A stretch of 64,000 bases of DNA from Podarcis pityusensis (lineage: Eukaryota): assembly GCA_964106645.2 (NCBI GenBank), contig OZ067040.1; one strand, 5' to 3'. Shown one piece after another: positions 50,087 through 63,626 of the stretch. The notes under the pieces are model-generated. The model searched no databases. It saw only the letters and a program-made list of their open reading frames with translations, and was not told the DNA's origin. Each line of letters begins with the position of its first letter. Positions within the stretch are counted from its first letter, which is position 1. The position numbers and the translations under genes were made by a program.

Positions 50087-52277
50087 AGTGAAGGACCCTG
50101 TGTGAGAGGCAGGGAAGATCTCCCAGGACAGGAGACTGGAAAAAGAAAGAGAAGCTCCCAGGTGAGAGCTGGGAGGGTCCTGCCCAGATCGTGCCACAGG
50201 ATATTGACCAATAGCATCTAGCCAGGTTAGGAAGGGGAACAATCCCTTCTCAATATGAAGTCATCCTTAACCTACAGTGTAAGGGCTTCGTTTTTGAAAT
50301 TTCCTTTCTTCTGAAGTGGGGTTTTAGTATTACAGCTATTTTTTTCTATCCATTTAGCTGTCCAATCTTTCATCGATTAATATGCTAAGGCAATTTCTGC
50401 ATATGCTAATTCAAATAATTTTCTGAATTCTAGACACATATAAAGGAAATTCTACCTTGAGTTTAGTAATCACCAGAAAGTGATAGGATATTTAAGGCTC
50501 AAGTGTTTCTTTCTCTTCATCCCTTTCTAATTGCAATACTTTCCCGCAGAATCCAAAATTACTCCCTTTACTCACAGAGGTCAGAACATCAAGCTCTGGA
50601 AAAGCAACCTTAGAGAGCCCTTCCTTGTGTGGAAGGATTTTCATTGATCTTGATTAGAGGTCAAAATCAATATTCAAGTCAGAACAAAATGGATCAAGCA
50701 ACTATTTGCTTACATTTAGAAACCTCAGTGGTGCTATTCATGAAGATGATTACTGGAGGAAAGAAGAAATAACAGAAGTCATATTCGATAGTTCATTATT
50801 CATTTACTCATCAATACATATTTTGCCAATTTATCCAATGATTGGTTTACGTTGGCTGTAAATGTATGGGTGGTAAGTAATGATGTTACATCATTCTTGT
50901 TGCTATGTAGTAATAACCAGGAACAAGCACCAACCTCAAGATTTGGTTCAGTCCCTGATTTGGCACATTGAAAAACAGCCCACCTTGGTCTTAGATGCTT
51001 CATAGACTGCCCAATTTGGCTTAGAGTCTGTCCAGTTCCATATTGTTTCTTCCCCCAATCATTATAGGGAATGAAAATTAATATAACTTCTTAATCTTTT
51101 GACAGAAGTGGATGGAATTTGCAAGCTTAATTGCTCCGCCATAGTGGATAAAGCCTGGCATATTACCAAAAAAAAAAAAAAAAAAAAGGTCCAGTGGCTT
51201 TTGTGTTAGGCACATTTAAAGTTTTATTATTTTTTAAAAGGGGATGTCAATAACTTTTTATTTTGGATAGAATTTGATGAAATTTGCAGGCTCTGTCAAC
51301 CCCTTTGAAGTAATGAATGCTGCCAGATTTCAGAAGGATGGCTGCAGTGGTTTTCCTGCAAGGACAGCCATTAAGATTTTGGAATGGGTGAAATTAGGAA
51401 TCAATTTCCCCATGTGTTTTGTGGGCCATTGGCCTTAACATTGCAGACATGAGAGAGCTGAGCCTGGGTAAGAAAGCCTGCCAAATTGCAGACAAATAGG
51501 TTTGGGTGCTATTGTGTTAGGCTCCTTTAAAGCTAATTTTGAGAATAGGAAGAACTTAAAGACATTCCATCTGATTTCAAGCTCGCCTTGTCGGTTAAAA
51601 CAGAACTCTCTCTTCATCTTCTCTCTTCATCTGGGTATCTTCCTTAAGTTTAGAGACACAAGTGCTGCTGCTGCTAAACTGCTCCTTCCTCCAAGGCACC
51701 AGAATTGGAGAGCACTAGTAAAATCATTCCTCTGACCATAAGCTACAGCTGTTAGTTATGAAAGAACTCACCCTCCTTGATTCTGGTGTTTTCCCTAAGC
51801 TACAGACATAAGTTTCGATTCTGTTCCCTCCCCTCCATATTGTTTTTCTTGTATGGTAGGCTTAAAGACATAGTAGATGTTTGCCTGCAACATTTTTTTT
51901 CACTCTTTGGCTCCCTGGATTGCTTTAGAGTTCCTTGCTAAGACATGTGCAACCTTGTACAGATCCTGCTTCACCTTGGACAAACCCAACATCCACCTGA
52001 GGCAGCCTGCCTTGGCTTGGATTCATCCAAATACACCAATAATACAAGCAAACAATACAGGAATGGATGGACTGGTCCTGCGCCATCCTTACTGTGGACT
52101 AAATCATATGTACCTTGAGCCATTCCTGCAGGTGGAAGAATGGGCCTCTGGTTTCCCTTTACAATTCTAGTTGTAAATTACATGTTGTGAAGTATTCTTT
52201 GTAACACGCCAAAGGGCATTAACTTCTTCTTTTTTACACAAGAAAAAACATTCTATGCATGTGTGATTAAATAGTTA

Positions 52278-52518
52278 CAGTGGTACCTCTAGTTATGAAC
52301 TTAATTTGTTCCGGATATCCGTTCTTAACCTGAAACTGTTCTTAACTAGAGGCGTGATTTCGCTAATGGGGCCTCTTGCTGCCGCTGCGCCACCAGCACA
52401 CAATTTCCCTTCTCATCCTGGGGCAAAGTTCTCAACTCAAGGTAACTCTTCCAAGTTAGTGGAGTTTGTAACCTGAAGCGTTTGTAACCTGAGACATTTG
52501 TAACTTGAGGTACCACTG
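52278..52518 (-). mobile_element. Tigger-like MITE, family 2
   Basis: CAGTGGTACCTC / GAGGTACCACTG, TA TSDs; homologous to 44675-44904. Confidence 0.9.
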
Positions 52519-53470
52519 TAATGCCTCTCCCCCCCCCCATCTCTTTACTTTGAAGCTTCTGGGGAACTTGAAACCTTGCACACTATTTTGTGATGCTAGG
52601 TTGGCCTAGAAAAGATAGTGCTCTAATGCATATTTTGTAATTTTGCATATAGGCCCACGCAGCTATCTTTAATTCAGGATACTGATACAGAGCATCGATT
52701 GCTTTGCCTGGGACAAACGCCGAAGCCGTCGTGAACAGGGAGAAAGTACAATCTTGCTTACGCTGACATGCTATTACAACTCACTTGCAGAATTTAGCAA
52801 TGATCAATAGATGCATATTTTAGAGACGCTTGTTTAGGAGAATTATCAATAACTGCACAGTTGTAGTAGCAATGAAATGTATCTGGGGGAAAGAAATGGA
52901 CGAACATCGAGCATACGTAACTTCGCAGCTTGAACAAGCCATTACTGAAACCTAGACTAGTAGAATGATTTGTACTTGTATGCATACATAGGCTACAGGC
53001 CGCTTGTCCCATAACTTTAGTTACCAGTATAGAGATTGAGAGCAGTAATGAGAGGTGGAGAAGAGTTGCTGAATGAGAAGCAGGAAGGGGAGACGTTCCT
53101 ATGCAAAGCAGCAGGGAAGCTACTCTTGCAAGAGTGGGAAATGGGCAATATTATAGTAATAATAGGAAAGGTGGAAAGTTGTAGAAGAGGAGACATGAGG
53201 TAGCTCTCTGTTGCGAATGCGGGTGATGTGAAAGAAGTCTACAGAAGCAGGTCACCATAACACTTTAGTCTCCTGTCACACATGTAGCCTATACTTTGAT
53301 ACACCCACTTCAATTAGGCAATTCTAAGAGGTTGGAATAATCTGCCCATGTGTCAGTATAGTTGGCAGTGACCTGACATGTTGGAAGCTCTTGACTTTGT
53401 GCCTGATGTGATAAATATAATGAAAAGGGAGGAATCCAGAACCAGACACTACTACTTTGTAAAACAAAGC

Positions 53471-53504
<34 letters not shown>

Positions 53505-54152
53505 CATGCGCATCGTAGGAATACAGCAAAAACAGTTTCAGAGTCAAGGCTGGAGCTCAGGGGTATGATCAGAGCCAGTCCAGCCATTAGGCAGGGTGAG
53601 TCCACTGCTTCAGGTGGCAGAAGACCACCCAGGAAGCAGGCCATGGGTGCCCTGCCTTCTCTGGTGCCTGCACCAGTGGAGGAAAAGCACTACCGCTATC
53701 AGTGTCAATTTGGGACAATATAGTGTGCATTTTGTATGAGATCTCACCCAAAATCAGCGCAACCTTGCTCAAAATCAGCTCCAATGGCAGTGACACTTCC
53801 TTGCCAGTGGCAGGTGCAGCAGGGTTCAAGGTGGCAGCAGCGTGGGCAGCAGCAGGGGCAGATAGGTGGTGGTGGGAGCGGCTGCAGCAGCAGCAGGGCA
53901 AAACTGCACCTCCTGTTTCGCCTCAAGCAGCAAAATGAGATGTGCCGCCCCAGGTATGATACAAAGCAAAGGATAGTAACTGAGGATTGGGCAGGGTTAC
54001 TTCAAATGTTTTGGCTAACCCAATGAGATATGTGATATGAAACATACTGCTAGAGGGGAACACTCTGACTTCCCTCTGTTGACCTCTGAAATACAATATG
54101 CTAGGGCTCACAAGTGGGGAGAGTGCTGTTGCACTCAGGTCGTGCTTATGGG

Positions 54153-54488
54153 CAGCGGCAGAGCAAGCTGCTCGGGCACCTAGGGCAGCATGCATGCCCT
54201 GTGCCCAGGGGTGAGGCCAGCCACCCGCAGGGTGGGACAAGCCGGGGCAGGAAGCTCCACTGGGCCTCTGAGGAGTTTGCCTGCCTCCTCCCACTCAGCC
54301 GCCCTACAGCTGAGGGGAAGGCCGCGGGCGGACCGTTTAGGGCAGCACAGAGCCTGCGGGCGCCCCAAGCCACCGTGTCACTCTCAGGAGAGACGCATGG
54401 CTCGGGCACACTGCAGGCCCCACAGTGAGTGCTGCCCGGCACACCCGGGGCAACTCACCCCCACCGCACCCCCCTTCCTCCACCCCTG
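54153..54488. mobile_element. 336-bp GC-rich hAT non-autonomous element
   Basis: Imperfect TIRs CAGCGGCAGAGCAAG / CTTCCTCCACCCCTG; perfect 8-bp TSD CTTATGGG (54145-54152, 54489-54496). Confidence 0.8.
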
Positions 54489-57159
54489 CTTATGGGCTTC
54501 CCATGGGCACTTGGGAATGAAAATCCTGAGAGATGTACACCAGACAGTAGACCGGAGAAAGGAAATCACATTAGGTCATGCAGGAAAACAGCACTGACTA
54601 CATGAACTTAGGTGAACTAATATGTATGTGTTTGCATATGCAGCTGAGCTGGAAGAAGATCAGTGATCACAACAGCAGCAGCAGACAGTGGCAGAGGCAA
54701 ACAAGTGTGGCAATTCATATGTAATCATATGCATTTACAAGCAACATTATGAGCAGATGTATGTTTCAAGAATACCATATAATAGCCTGGCACAAAAATA
54801 GCGGAAATAATAAAAGAGGGGTGTGTTTGGTCTGGGTAGGATTTCAGGGTGACAACAACAACAACAGCAACAGAAACCTACGCATTTCTGTGAATTTAGC
54901 AAATTTCCCTTACAGGCTGTAAAAATAACAGTAGTGGGCAGTACTCAACTAAATTATTGTGCTAGTGCAATTATGAGCATAAGTACAATGAGATCTCCCC
55001 CCTTCCTCTTCCTGCACACACCCCTTGCTGTCCCCCAATCTGCTTTGTGGGGTTGGGGGGTGGAACCCAGAACAGATTTAGCAGGTGCAGGGGGGAGGGG
55101 CAGGGAGGAGGGAGGAGAGAACATTCCGTTGCGCAATCAGAAATCCTTGCACTCACAGAACTTTCACAGGGATGGTATAATTTTTACTGGGAGGCTTTTC
55201 AAGCTGAAAAGCAGGGTATAAATAATTTAAATAAATAAATAAATGGCTGCAGCGGAGGCTCGTAAATTGGGCACAAGGCTGTTGCATAAATTAAGTCAAA
55301 AAATCTGGCACCGCACCTTTACTAGACTGCAAATTTTGTTGACGTTTATGTTCTTCCAGGGTACCCAGGATTCTGAACACCAGCTTCCCTCACGGAGTTG
55401 CATTCTCAAAACCGAAACATTGAAAGGCGATTTAAAACAAACCAAGTCAATCCATATATGTTGATAGGTGAGATTTGCCTTTCATGCTGCTGGTAACCTC
55501 CCCACCATCATTTTATAGAGCATCTACTATTTAGCAACTACCTGAAAGTTTATCAAAATGAGAAAAAGCAAGAACTGTGGTTATCTTCTTTAAGCTTCCT
55601 GGCTCCATCAGGTTCTGGAATGCTAAACCAATAGACTCCTTTGAAGTTTCTCAGTATCTGGTTTTCCTGGGTATAAAAGAGCAATTGATAAAGTCGCAGT
55701 CTGAAAAGTTCAACAGAAGTGGAAAGTTGCAGAGAGAAGGAGGAGGGAGAGAAAGAAGCAGTTCTGAGCCTGCAGACTGAACCCAAATGGCACTGTTCAG
55801 TCTCACTGTGCTCTTATTTTCATGTTTATCTTCAAGGACTGGATACAAATTTAGTTTTTATCCTTTTAAAAAAGAAAGAAAGAAAATGCTGCTGAGCAGC
55901 AGTTTGTTTTGTTGCAATTAATATGTAGTTAGGGTAATGTAACGTAGGATAATGGAGTCAGAATCCAAAGTACACTTTCTGATTATTTTATCACATTCTT
56001 CTTAAAACCTGCATCACCTCTGAAATGTCTCTAGAGCAGAAATCTCTAGAGACAAAATCTCAAAGCGACTTACAAGCTGTATGTCATCAATACATTTATG
56101 GGAATGCATTCCAAGTATCTGGATAGTTCCCCTCGGTGGTTTCATGTAGATATTAAATGTAGATAAGATTGAACAACACAGAACATCTTTGGAAGAACTA
56201 CTGGGGAACTGTTTCTTGCATAAAGACCATCACAGGTGGTTAGAAAAGACACAGGGCACCTTTTCCCAACCTAGTATCTTCCAGATCTTTGGACCACAAC
56301 TCCCATCATCCCCGATCACTGCCTATGGCGGCTGGAGCTGATGGGAATCACAGTCCAAAGTATATGGAGGGTACCAGGTTGGCTTGGGGATTGTGCATCT
56401 TTCATCATTTATTCTTGGAATTGTCTGTCTCTACAAATAAGTACAGATAATTCCAGTCCCTGAGTCTTCTTACAATCTGACTTTGCAATTATACCATTCC
56501 TAGATGTGATAGACCTATTAGATTCACTGGAGGCCACAACTTAGAACTAGAGTTTTACCACTTAACTGGGGGATGATATTCTCCAGGGAGAGCAGGCCAA
56601 GCTGGTAATCATCCTTCCTGACTACTGCTGGAGCAATACTTAATCTGTAATGAATGCTGGTGCTAATTTGCCAGCTATACTTTTTCATGACCCCCAAAAT
56701 AAGCAGTGGAACTTAATAAAACAAATTTGGCTAGTTATTCATTTCCTCCTGAAAATCTGAAAATGTTTGATTTTTTTTTTGGAGTGAGACATTGATGATA
56801 AAAAAACATGCAGATTCTAAAGTTGAGTAGATGCCTTTGTGGATAAAAAGGCCTTTTCTGTGTTGGCACCCAAATTATGGATCTCTCCCCAGATGTGCAT
56901 GCCTGTTGCCAATTCTCTTATCCTTTAAGCACCAGGTGAAACAAATCCTCTTATTCTCTATGTTATTAACAGTACATATAATCTTCTGGGGTTTTATCTT
57001 CCCTTTTTAAATGTTTATCTTTTTACAGATGTGTTTTTCTCTTTTACCTGTTCTTAGCATTGCACTTATTGGGTTTTATTACTGGATACCCACCTTGTAG
57101 CTATTTTATAGCCATTTTATGTAAAAAAAAAAAAAAAAAGTTGAGGCATGCTACTAGTA

Positions 57160-57419
57160 CAGTGGTACCTCTGGATGCGAATGGGATCCGTTCCGGAGCC
57201 CCGTTCGCATCCTGAAGTGAACGCAACCCATGTCTGCACGTGCGTGCATGCACAAGTCGCGATTCACCGCTTCCACGCATGCGCGTGACGTCATTTTGAG
57301 CGTTTGTGCATGCACGAGCGGCGAAACCTGGAAGTAATGTGCTCTGTTACTTCTGGGTCACCGCAGAGCATAACCTGAAAACACTCAACCTGAAGCACAT
57401 TTAACCCGAGGTATGACTG
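57160..57419 (+). mobile_element. Tigger-like MITE, family 1
   Basis: CAGTGGTACCTC ... GAGGTATGACTG, TA TSDs; homologous to 13184-13411. Confidence 0.88.
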
Positions 57420-58738
57420 TACCTACCAAAAAGTATACTTCAAAGTGAACAATTTCAAAATTGTTTAGCAGAATATGCCTACTGCATCAGACCCCCTGGT
57501 CCATGGATTTGCTTGCGCATTGCCAATTGACCTGAAAAACAAGTATAATCAATGGAGTTAAATCCTGGAGGGTATGGATATGGTGTTTTTCATTTGCCAC
57601 TCTGGGTCAGTTTTTGGCTGATCCTTCCATATTCTACTAAGGGAGCAGATCAACTTGAGTGATGGCCTAAGCATTTTTCTTCATTTGGCTCTAATGCAAA
57701 GCACTTGTGGATCCCTCGCAGTGAAAAGGCATTATACAAGCATTATTGGTATATTATTACCCAGTCATAGACAATGTCATATTGTTTCATGACTTGTTCA
57801 ACAGGCATCAACATTTCAAAAATACCAGACAAATGTCTTTTTATTTGACCTTTTTAATGCATTGCTGTAGATCATTTGTGGGCTTAACAGCTTTCAAAAC
57901 ACTGATGTGGGTGTGCTTGTGAAACAGATATGTCCGCGCTCTCCCCCACCCTTCCTCAAATGCCATGAGAAATTATTTAAGGAAGTCTTAATGAAATGCA
58001 TCTGTCACTTATGAAGATAAATGGCCAGAGTATGGCTTTCCATTACTGGAAATGGCAGAATTAAATTAGAAAATTACAATCCTCAGCATCTTCCCTGACT
58101 TGTTTTTGCATAATGTGTTAGAAAATATGCCCACATAGGCAGAATGCTGCAGTACCAGCGGAGCATGTCGTAAAACAAGACTTTTTAAAATAGATGTTTT
58201 GTTAATTTGCAATGGAGGAATTTTCTCCTGGGGGTAATTCTGGCGTTCTCCTGGCCATTCAAATTCCCAATTAGCAAAAGAGAAAGAACTAAATTAGGAT
58301 TTGAAAGGGGGGGAACCCCAATCTCAAGTGATAATCTCTTATAAAAATCAAATCATTGGTAGCAGGGAAAAGTATTAAATGTGCTAATTTACTTAGCTGG
58401 GAGTGAGGGTGGTGTTTGGGAAAGGGAGGAAGGAAAAAAGTAAAAGCATGTGTCCCTCAATCTGGTGTGAGGAGGGATGTATGCTATCGTTCCCCCAAAC
58501 TGTGGTGGCCCCATAAAATTACAGAGGAACTCCGTGAAAACTGAGAAGTGGAAACTTGAAAATGAGATAAGAAAACAATAGTTTCTGTTCTCCTGTTGCT
58601 TGAATTATCAAGTTGGTTGTTTTTAATTGTATTTAATAAACGTGTTTGTTATAAGAGCAAATGTTGTTGACTATATCTTTACGGTTGTGTTAGTTAATTT
58701 GTTTTGTTTTGAAAAGTAATACAAAATTAGTAGCTGTT

Positions 58739-58742
<4 letters not shown>

Positions 58743-58777
<35 letters not shown>
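58743..58777. repeat. (TAA)n microsatellite (similar tracts at 29803-29835 and 53472-53503)
   Basis: Direct reading. Confidence 0.9.
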
Positions 58778-59075
58778 GACATGCGACAGATGTTATTGCT
58801 AGTAATAGAGCTTGTGCTGGCTGTTGTCGTAAATAGGGCTGCCATCCCAAGCACTTTTGCACCAGGCTGGGGGGTTTGGTTGGGCAGAGGGAGCCCTGCA
58901 GGCCTCTGCCTTCCTCTGCCCACAGAGTGATGTCAGTGGCACTCTGATGAGTTCCCCATTCTGCCTGCCAAATGTGTGGGCAGAAATACTGCTGACAGGA
59001 TGCCTGCCCGCTGCAGCCCACAAAAAGAGAGCCCAGGGAGAGGTAGGGGCTGAGCTGACCAAGGATCTGCTAGAT

Positions 59076-59395
59076 CATGGGTAGGCAAACCAAGGCCCAG
59101 GGGCCGGATGCTGCGCAATCGCCTTCTCAATCTGGCCTGCGGACGGTCCGGGAATCAGTGTATTTTTACATGAGTAGAATGTGTCCTTTTATTTAAGATG
59201 CATCCCTGGGTTATTTGTGGGGCCTGCCTGGTGTTTTTACATGAGTAGAATGTGTGCTTTTATTTAAGATGCATCTCTGGGTTATTTGTGAGGCATAGGA
59301 ATTCGTTCATTATTTTTTCAAAATATAGTCCGGCCCCCTACAAGGTCTGAGGGACAGTGGACCAGCCCACAGCTGAAAAAGTTTGCTGACCCCTG
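59076..59395 (-). mobile_element. OC1-like hAT-Charlie MITE with ~70-bp internal tandem duplication
   Basis: CATGGGTAGGCAAAC / GTTTGCTGACCCCTG ends; TSD TGCTAGAT/TGCTACAT; duplicated block 59158-59223 and 59231-59294. Confidence 0.8.
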
Positions 59396-59655
59396 TGCTA
59401 CATCCTGAGCTGGCCCCTCTGCCGTCACATGACAGCATCTGGCCCAGCTGCTGTACCTCCCCTGCTGCCCTGCCAGGGTGAGCAGCAGTCCCTGCACACA
59501 GTTCAGCCTCACTGCTCTCCAGCCACTGTTTGATTTATAGCCTAGGCACATTAGCTACAAATCTCATTATTCAGCATCCCCTCAAAACCTATGCCAATGG
59601 ATTTGTTTGTTTGTTTTGCTTTCTTGTGATATTTGAACAATGAAAAACAATACAC

Positions 59656-59719
59656 CTGATGAGCTGGACTACAGCTCACAAACCATAGTAACTTTGTTAG
59701 TCCTTAAGGTGCCACAAGG
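59656..59719 (+). mobile_element. Decayed Penelope-like pseudo-LTR fragment
   Basis: CTGATGA..hairpin..CACAAA..TTTGTTAGTCCTTAAGGTGCCACAAG resembles the 27143-27210 layout (TAAGGTGC). Confidence 0.5.
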
Positions 59720-60083
59720 TTTTCCCAGTAGTGATGTATGGAAGTGAGAGCTGGACCATAAAGAAGGCTGATGGCCGAAGAATTGATGCTTTTGAATTAT
59801 GGTGCTGGAGACTCTTGAGAGTCCCATGGACGGCAAGAAGATCAAACCTATCCATTCTTAAGGAAATCAGCCCTGAGTGCTCACTGGAAGGACAGATCGT
59901 GAAGCTGAGGCTCCAATACTTTGGCCACCTCATGAGAAGAGAAGACTCCCTGGAAAAGACCCTGATGTTGGGAAAGATTGAGGGCACAAGGAGAAGGGGA
60001 CGACAGAGGACGAGATGGTTGGACAGTGTTCTGGTCCATGGGGTCATGAAGAGTTGGACACGACTAAACGACTAAGCAACAAA
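59718..60083 (+). mobile_element. RTE-BovB LINE 3' end with internal deletion
   Basis: Encodes MYGSESWTIKKAD.RRIDAFELWCWR...LRLQYFGHLMRREDSLEKTLMLGKIEG..RRGRQRTRWLD; tail CGACTAAACGACTAAGCAACAA. Confidence 0.93.
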
Positions 60084-60827
60084 GTTTGCTGTGTGTGATT
60101 TAAGAAGGGTTGCTTTTGTGTCCTCCACCCCCACTCCCTGCCCACCGCTGCCAATAACACATATCCTAGGAATTCCCTCCCTTGCCACCCAATAGAAGCA
60201 TAACCTTCTCCACTTGTGATGCCCAGCAAGTGCACTGTCTTTTAAAAAGTCATTTACCAAACTACATCCAAGCAAACTAAAGGTACGAAGGGGAAATGGC
60301 TTACAGCTTTGCAGTGGTCAGGAAAAAAAGTGTTCAAAGAGGTAATTAAAGTGATTTGCATTTGGGAGTTTGCAGAGAAGATAAAAGGTCTACCATTGCT
60401 TTGGGTTTCTTTCCCTCCCCCCAATTCTGCCCAAGCTGTCTTTCCCAGTAATACCAAGAGATCCCTTCAAAGGGGAGGCTTGAAATGAAAGGGGAGAAGA
60501 TTGACAGGACGCTTTGTTTGTTTTGAAGTCTTTTCCACATTGCCTCTGATTCATAGAGGAGATTGCAATGCAATGCAATGAAATAGACTTTAAGGAGGTT
60601 GAGCAATCTCCAAATTCCCTTCAATTTGATTCGAAGATCCTTTTAGCAGCATGCAAAGTGTACAGGTATTACCAGAGTATATGACAGGAGCAAACGTTCA
60701 GACCTGATTCTCATGCTAATGTTCACCGTCGGGGTGGCAAGCGTAAAGGTGGCTTTTGTTCTGTAATGCAATTCATTTAAGTGTATGCATAAAGACATAC
60801 TTGTAAAGAGTATCTTACATAATGTAG

Positions 60828-60922
60828 TTTCCAGAGATGTAGCTGTGTTAGCCTGTTGAAGCAAGAACAACCGAGACTCTTACGGCACCTTAAAGTTGAA
60901 CAAATTTATTGTGGCATAAGCT
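60828..60922 (-). mobile_element. Penelope-like 3' fragment
   Basis: GTAGCTGTGTTAGCCTG..GGCACCTTAAAG..AAATTTATTGTGGCATAAGCT parallels GTAGCCGTGGTGGTCTG..GCACCTTAGAG..GGTATGAGCT at 27029-27122. Confidence 0.65.
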
Positions 60923-61883
60923 ACAGGTGTACCTGTCTTTCTATCTATTGTTACTGATATAGTTACAGGTATGTAATAGAAAGTGTGATCAGAAGTAAAT
61001 GAAATGCCAGAAGTACAGGTGGTGGTAATTGCATTATTAATAGTAGCTGATGACAAAAACAGTTGTTGATAGCACAGACATCCTGGCATTAGTGAGCCAA
61101 TTAACACATGTAATGTGATTTTTTTATTTAAAAAAATGTCCCAATGCAATCCACAAGTGATAGCACTGAATCTCTAGGTGAATTGCAATGGAGGTGTCAT
61201 GTTGCAATTTCCATTTCAAGTCCCTTTGTTCCAGGCTGCTGCTTTAAGATCACAGTCTCTCGCAGCCCCTTAAAGACTATCAAAGTTACTATGCCATAAG
61301 CTTTTGTGGACACTGGCTTGTTTGTCCTATGTAGTATGTGGAAGGGTTTTGCATAGCTCACATTGGAATATGAGATTCCAGGATGTCTACATAATATAGC
61401 TGCCAACATCTAAATCACTTAGAAGCTGGTTCATGCATTTAGCTGTACAGTATATAAACCAACACATCGTCGCTGTAATTGTCATTGTCATGAAACTGCA
61501 GGCTGCCTGCCTTTTTCCTTCTGAAAAGTTTTGCCATCATGGGCTACAGGAGAGGCACCATCTGAAAACTGAGAGGAAGGACAAGGTAATTAGGGTGGCT
61601 ACTTATGCATCACCCCCAAAAAGAGGAAGAACGAGGACACAGATCTGCATAAAATTTGTGTAAGCTACTTTACATGCAAAGACGCAAATTGATAAATTAC
61701 TGCTCTAGTTCAAGTAGAAATACCATAGTGAAGAAGGCAGTGACCAGGTGATCTGTGGAACTGCTCAGTCTGTTTCCTAGGTGCTCACTGATAATGGGCA
61801 ATTTCCAAGGCCCCGGATCTCCCTTCTTGGGGTTCCTTAACTTTAAACCCTGCTTGACCTTCAAATAGAGCCCCATTTCAAAC

Positions 61884-62488
61884 CATAGCTGTCAAGTGTC
61901 CCTTATTTGAAGGGACAGTCCCTTATTCCAGCGCCATGTCCCGCTGCTGTCCCTTATTGATGGATGTCCCTTAAATGTCCCTTAAATGATGTCCCTTAAA
62001 TTTCAAAGGAAGCAGCTCCTCTCCCTCCCTTCCTGCCGGCCAGGGAGGAGGGAGGCTCCAACTGTGTTGCTTGGCTGTGTGCTCACCCAATAAGAAGTCT
62101 AAGAACGACTGGGGGGTGGAGCTTGCATGCCTTGTGTGTGGCTAGTTAATGCAAGCTGAGGGGGTTTTTGAATGTTGGATGCCATTTTGTTGCACGTGCT
62201 GCTGCAAACTTTGCAGTGCAAAGCAGGCCGGGGAGCCATCTTAAGTTGAGGCTGCATAGGCCTTGTGGTGCATGTGATTCAGATTCTATTCAGTTGAACC
62301 TCTGGTTACAAAGTTGGTTGGACAGTGTTCTCGAAGCTACCCAGCATGAGTTTGACCAGACTGCAGGAGGACAGGAAGACTGGAGTGCCTGGAACAGGTG
62401 AAGCTGCAGGTCCCTTATTTTGGCTGCTGGTCCCTTATTTTCAAGGCTGCTGGTCGCTTATTTTCAAATCTGTAAGTTGACAGCTATG
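61884..62488. mobile_element. 605-bp hAT (Blackjack-like) non-autonomous element
   Basis: TIRs CATAGCTGTCAA / TTGACAGCTATG; perfect 8-bp TSD TTTCAAAC (61876-61883, 62489-62496); many subterminal GTCCCTTA repeats. Confidence 0.88.
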
Positions 62489-63325
62489 TTTCAAACAGAT
62501 GACTGCCCTCTGAGAAACCTTTGTTGTTGACTATGATTAGACAACTTTCTGTAGCCTTCCACCTGGGAGAAGGCACCCTTCTCTTTCAGGGTCACGTGTC
62601 TCTTATCTGCAAGTTTCAGACCAACTGCACACAAAAACATGTGAGGAGATTAAGTTCTTTCTATTTCACTCACATCAACACTTTAATGGCTGCCCCGCAG
62701 CTATCTTTCTGAAATTTGCCAGCAAATTTTATCCTATTCTGCCCCAAAGTAAAAAAAGTTATAGACATTTCCTTTCAAAAAAACAAACTTTAAAGGTGTC
62801 CAGCACAAAACCCTAAGACATATTTGCCTGAAATTTGGCAAGCTTTATCCACTACAGTTGCAAATATCATCCACGTCTGCCAAATAGAAAAAAGTTATAG
62901 CATTTATATTAAAAAATCACAATAGTGAAGGGGAGGGAATAAAACAAAATTGAACAGACCCTGAGCTGAACTAGAACCTCAGAATAAGGTGGATAATTTT
63001 CCAAAGTGCTGGAATGGGGTGTTAACTAAATTTTGTGGTTGGCTCATACTCCAGTTAGTTAATTTAGTTTAATTATGTTCAGATCTGCACTTTCATTCAG
63101 GTGGTGAGAATCAGGTCAGTTCACATCAGAAATCACGAATAATGAATTCCTCAAGCATCCCTGTTGGGGATAAGTAACAGCTGGCCCAGCTACTGCCAAG
63201 GAGGACAGCTGAGTGGCAGTGAGGACTGGTAAGGATCTTAAGGGCCAAAGAGAAGGAGGAAACATCTGCCAAGAGAAGCAAAGTCTGGCAAAGCCAGCTT
63301 GAAAGAGAAGCTGGAGCTGGCACTC

Positions 63326-63581
63326 AGAAGAAGAAGAAGAAGAGTTTGGATTTGATACCCCACTTTATCACTACCCGAAGGAGTCTCAAAGCGGCTAACA
63401 TTCTCCTTTCCCTTCCTCCCCCACAACAAACACTCTGTGAGGTGAGTGGGGCTGAGAGACTTCAGAGAAGTGTGACTGGCCCAAGGTCACCCAGCAGCTG
63501 CAAGTGGTGGAGTGGAGACGCGAACCCGGTTCCCCAGATTACGAGACTACCGCTCTTAACCACTACACCACACTGGCTCTC
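63326..63581 (-). mobile_element. Squam3-like SINE
   Basis: Reverse near-identity to 26136-26402; (GAA)n tail. Confidence 0.88.
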
Positions 63582-63626
63582 ACACTACACACACTCAGCC
63601 ATCTATGGAGCTAGAACTCAACAGTA

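Noticed and set aside
53570-53960. GC-rich (GCA/GGCA)-rich patch with Gln/Ala-rich ORFs
   Set aside because: Looks like a decayed hAT-type repeat; no splice-supported exon or recognisable protein.
59731-60075. 114-aa ORF as a host gene
   Set aside because: C-terminal remnant of the BovB ORF with deletions; same reasoning for the L2 ORF at 3389-3631 and the CR1 ORF at 5448-5717.
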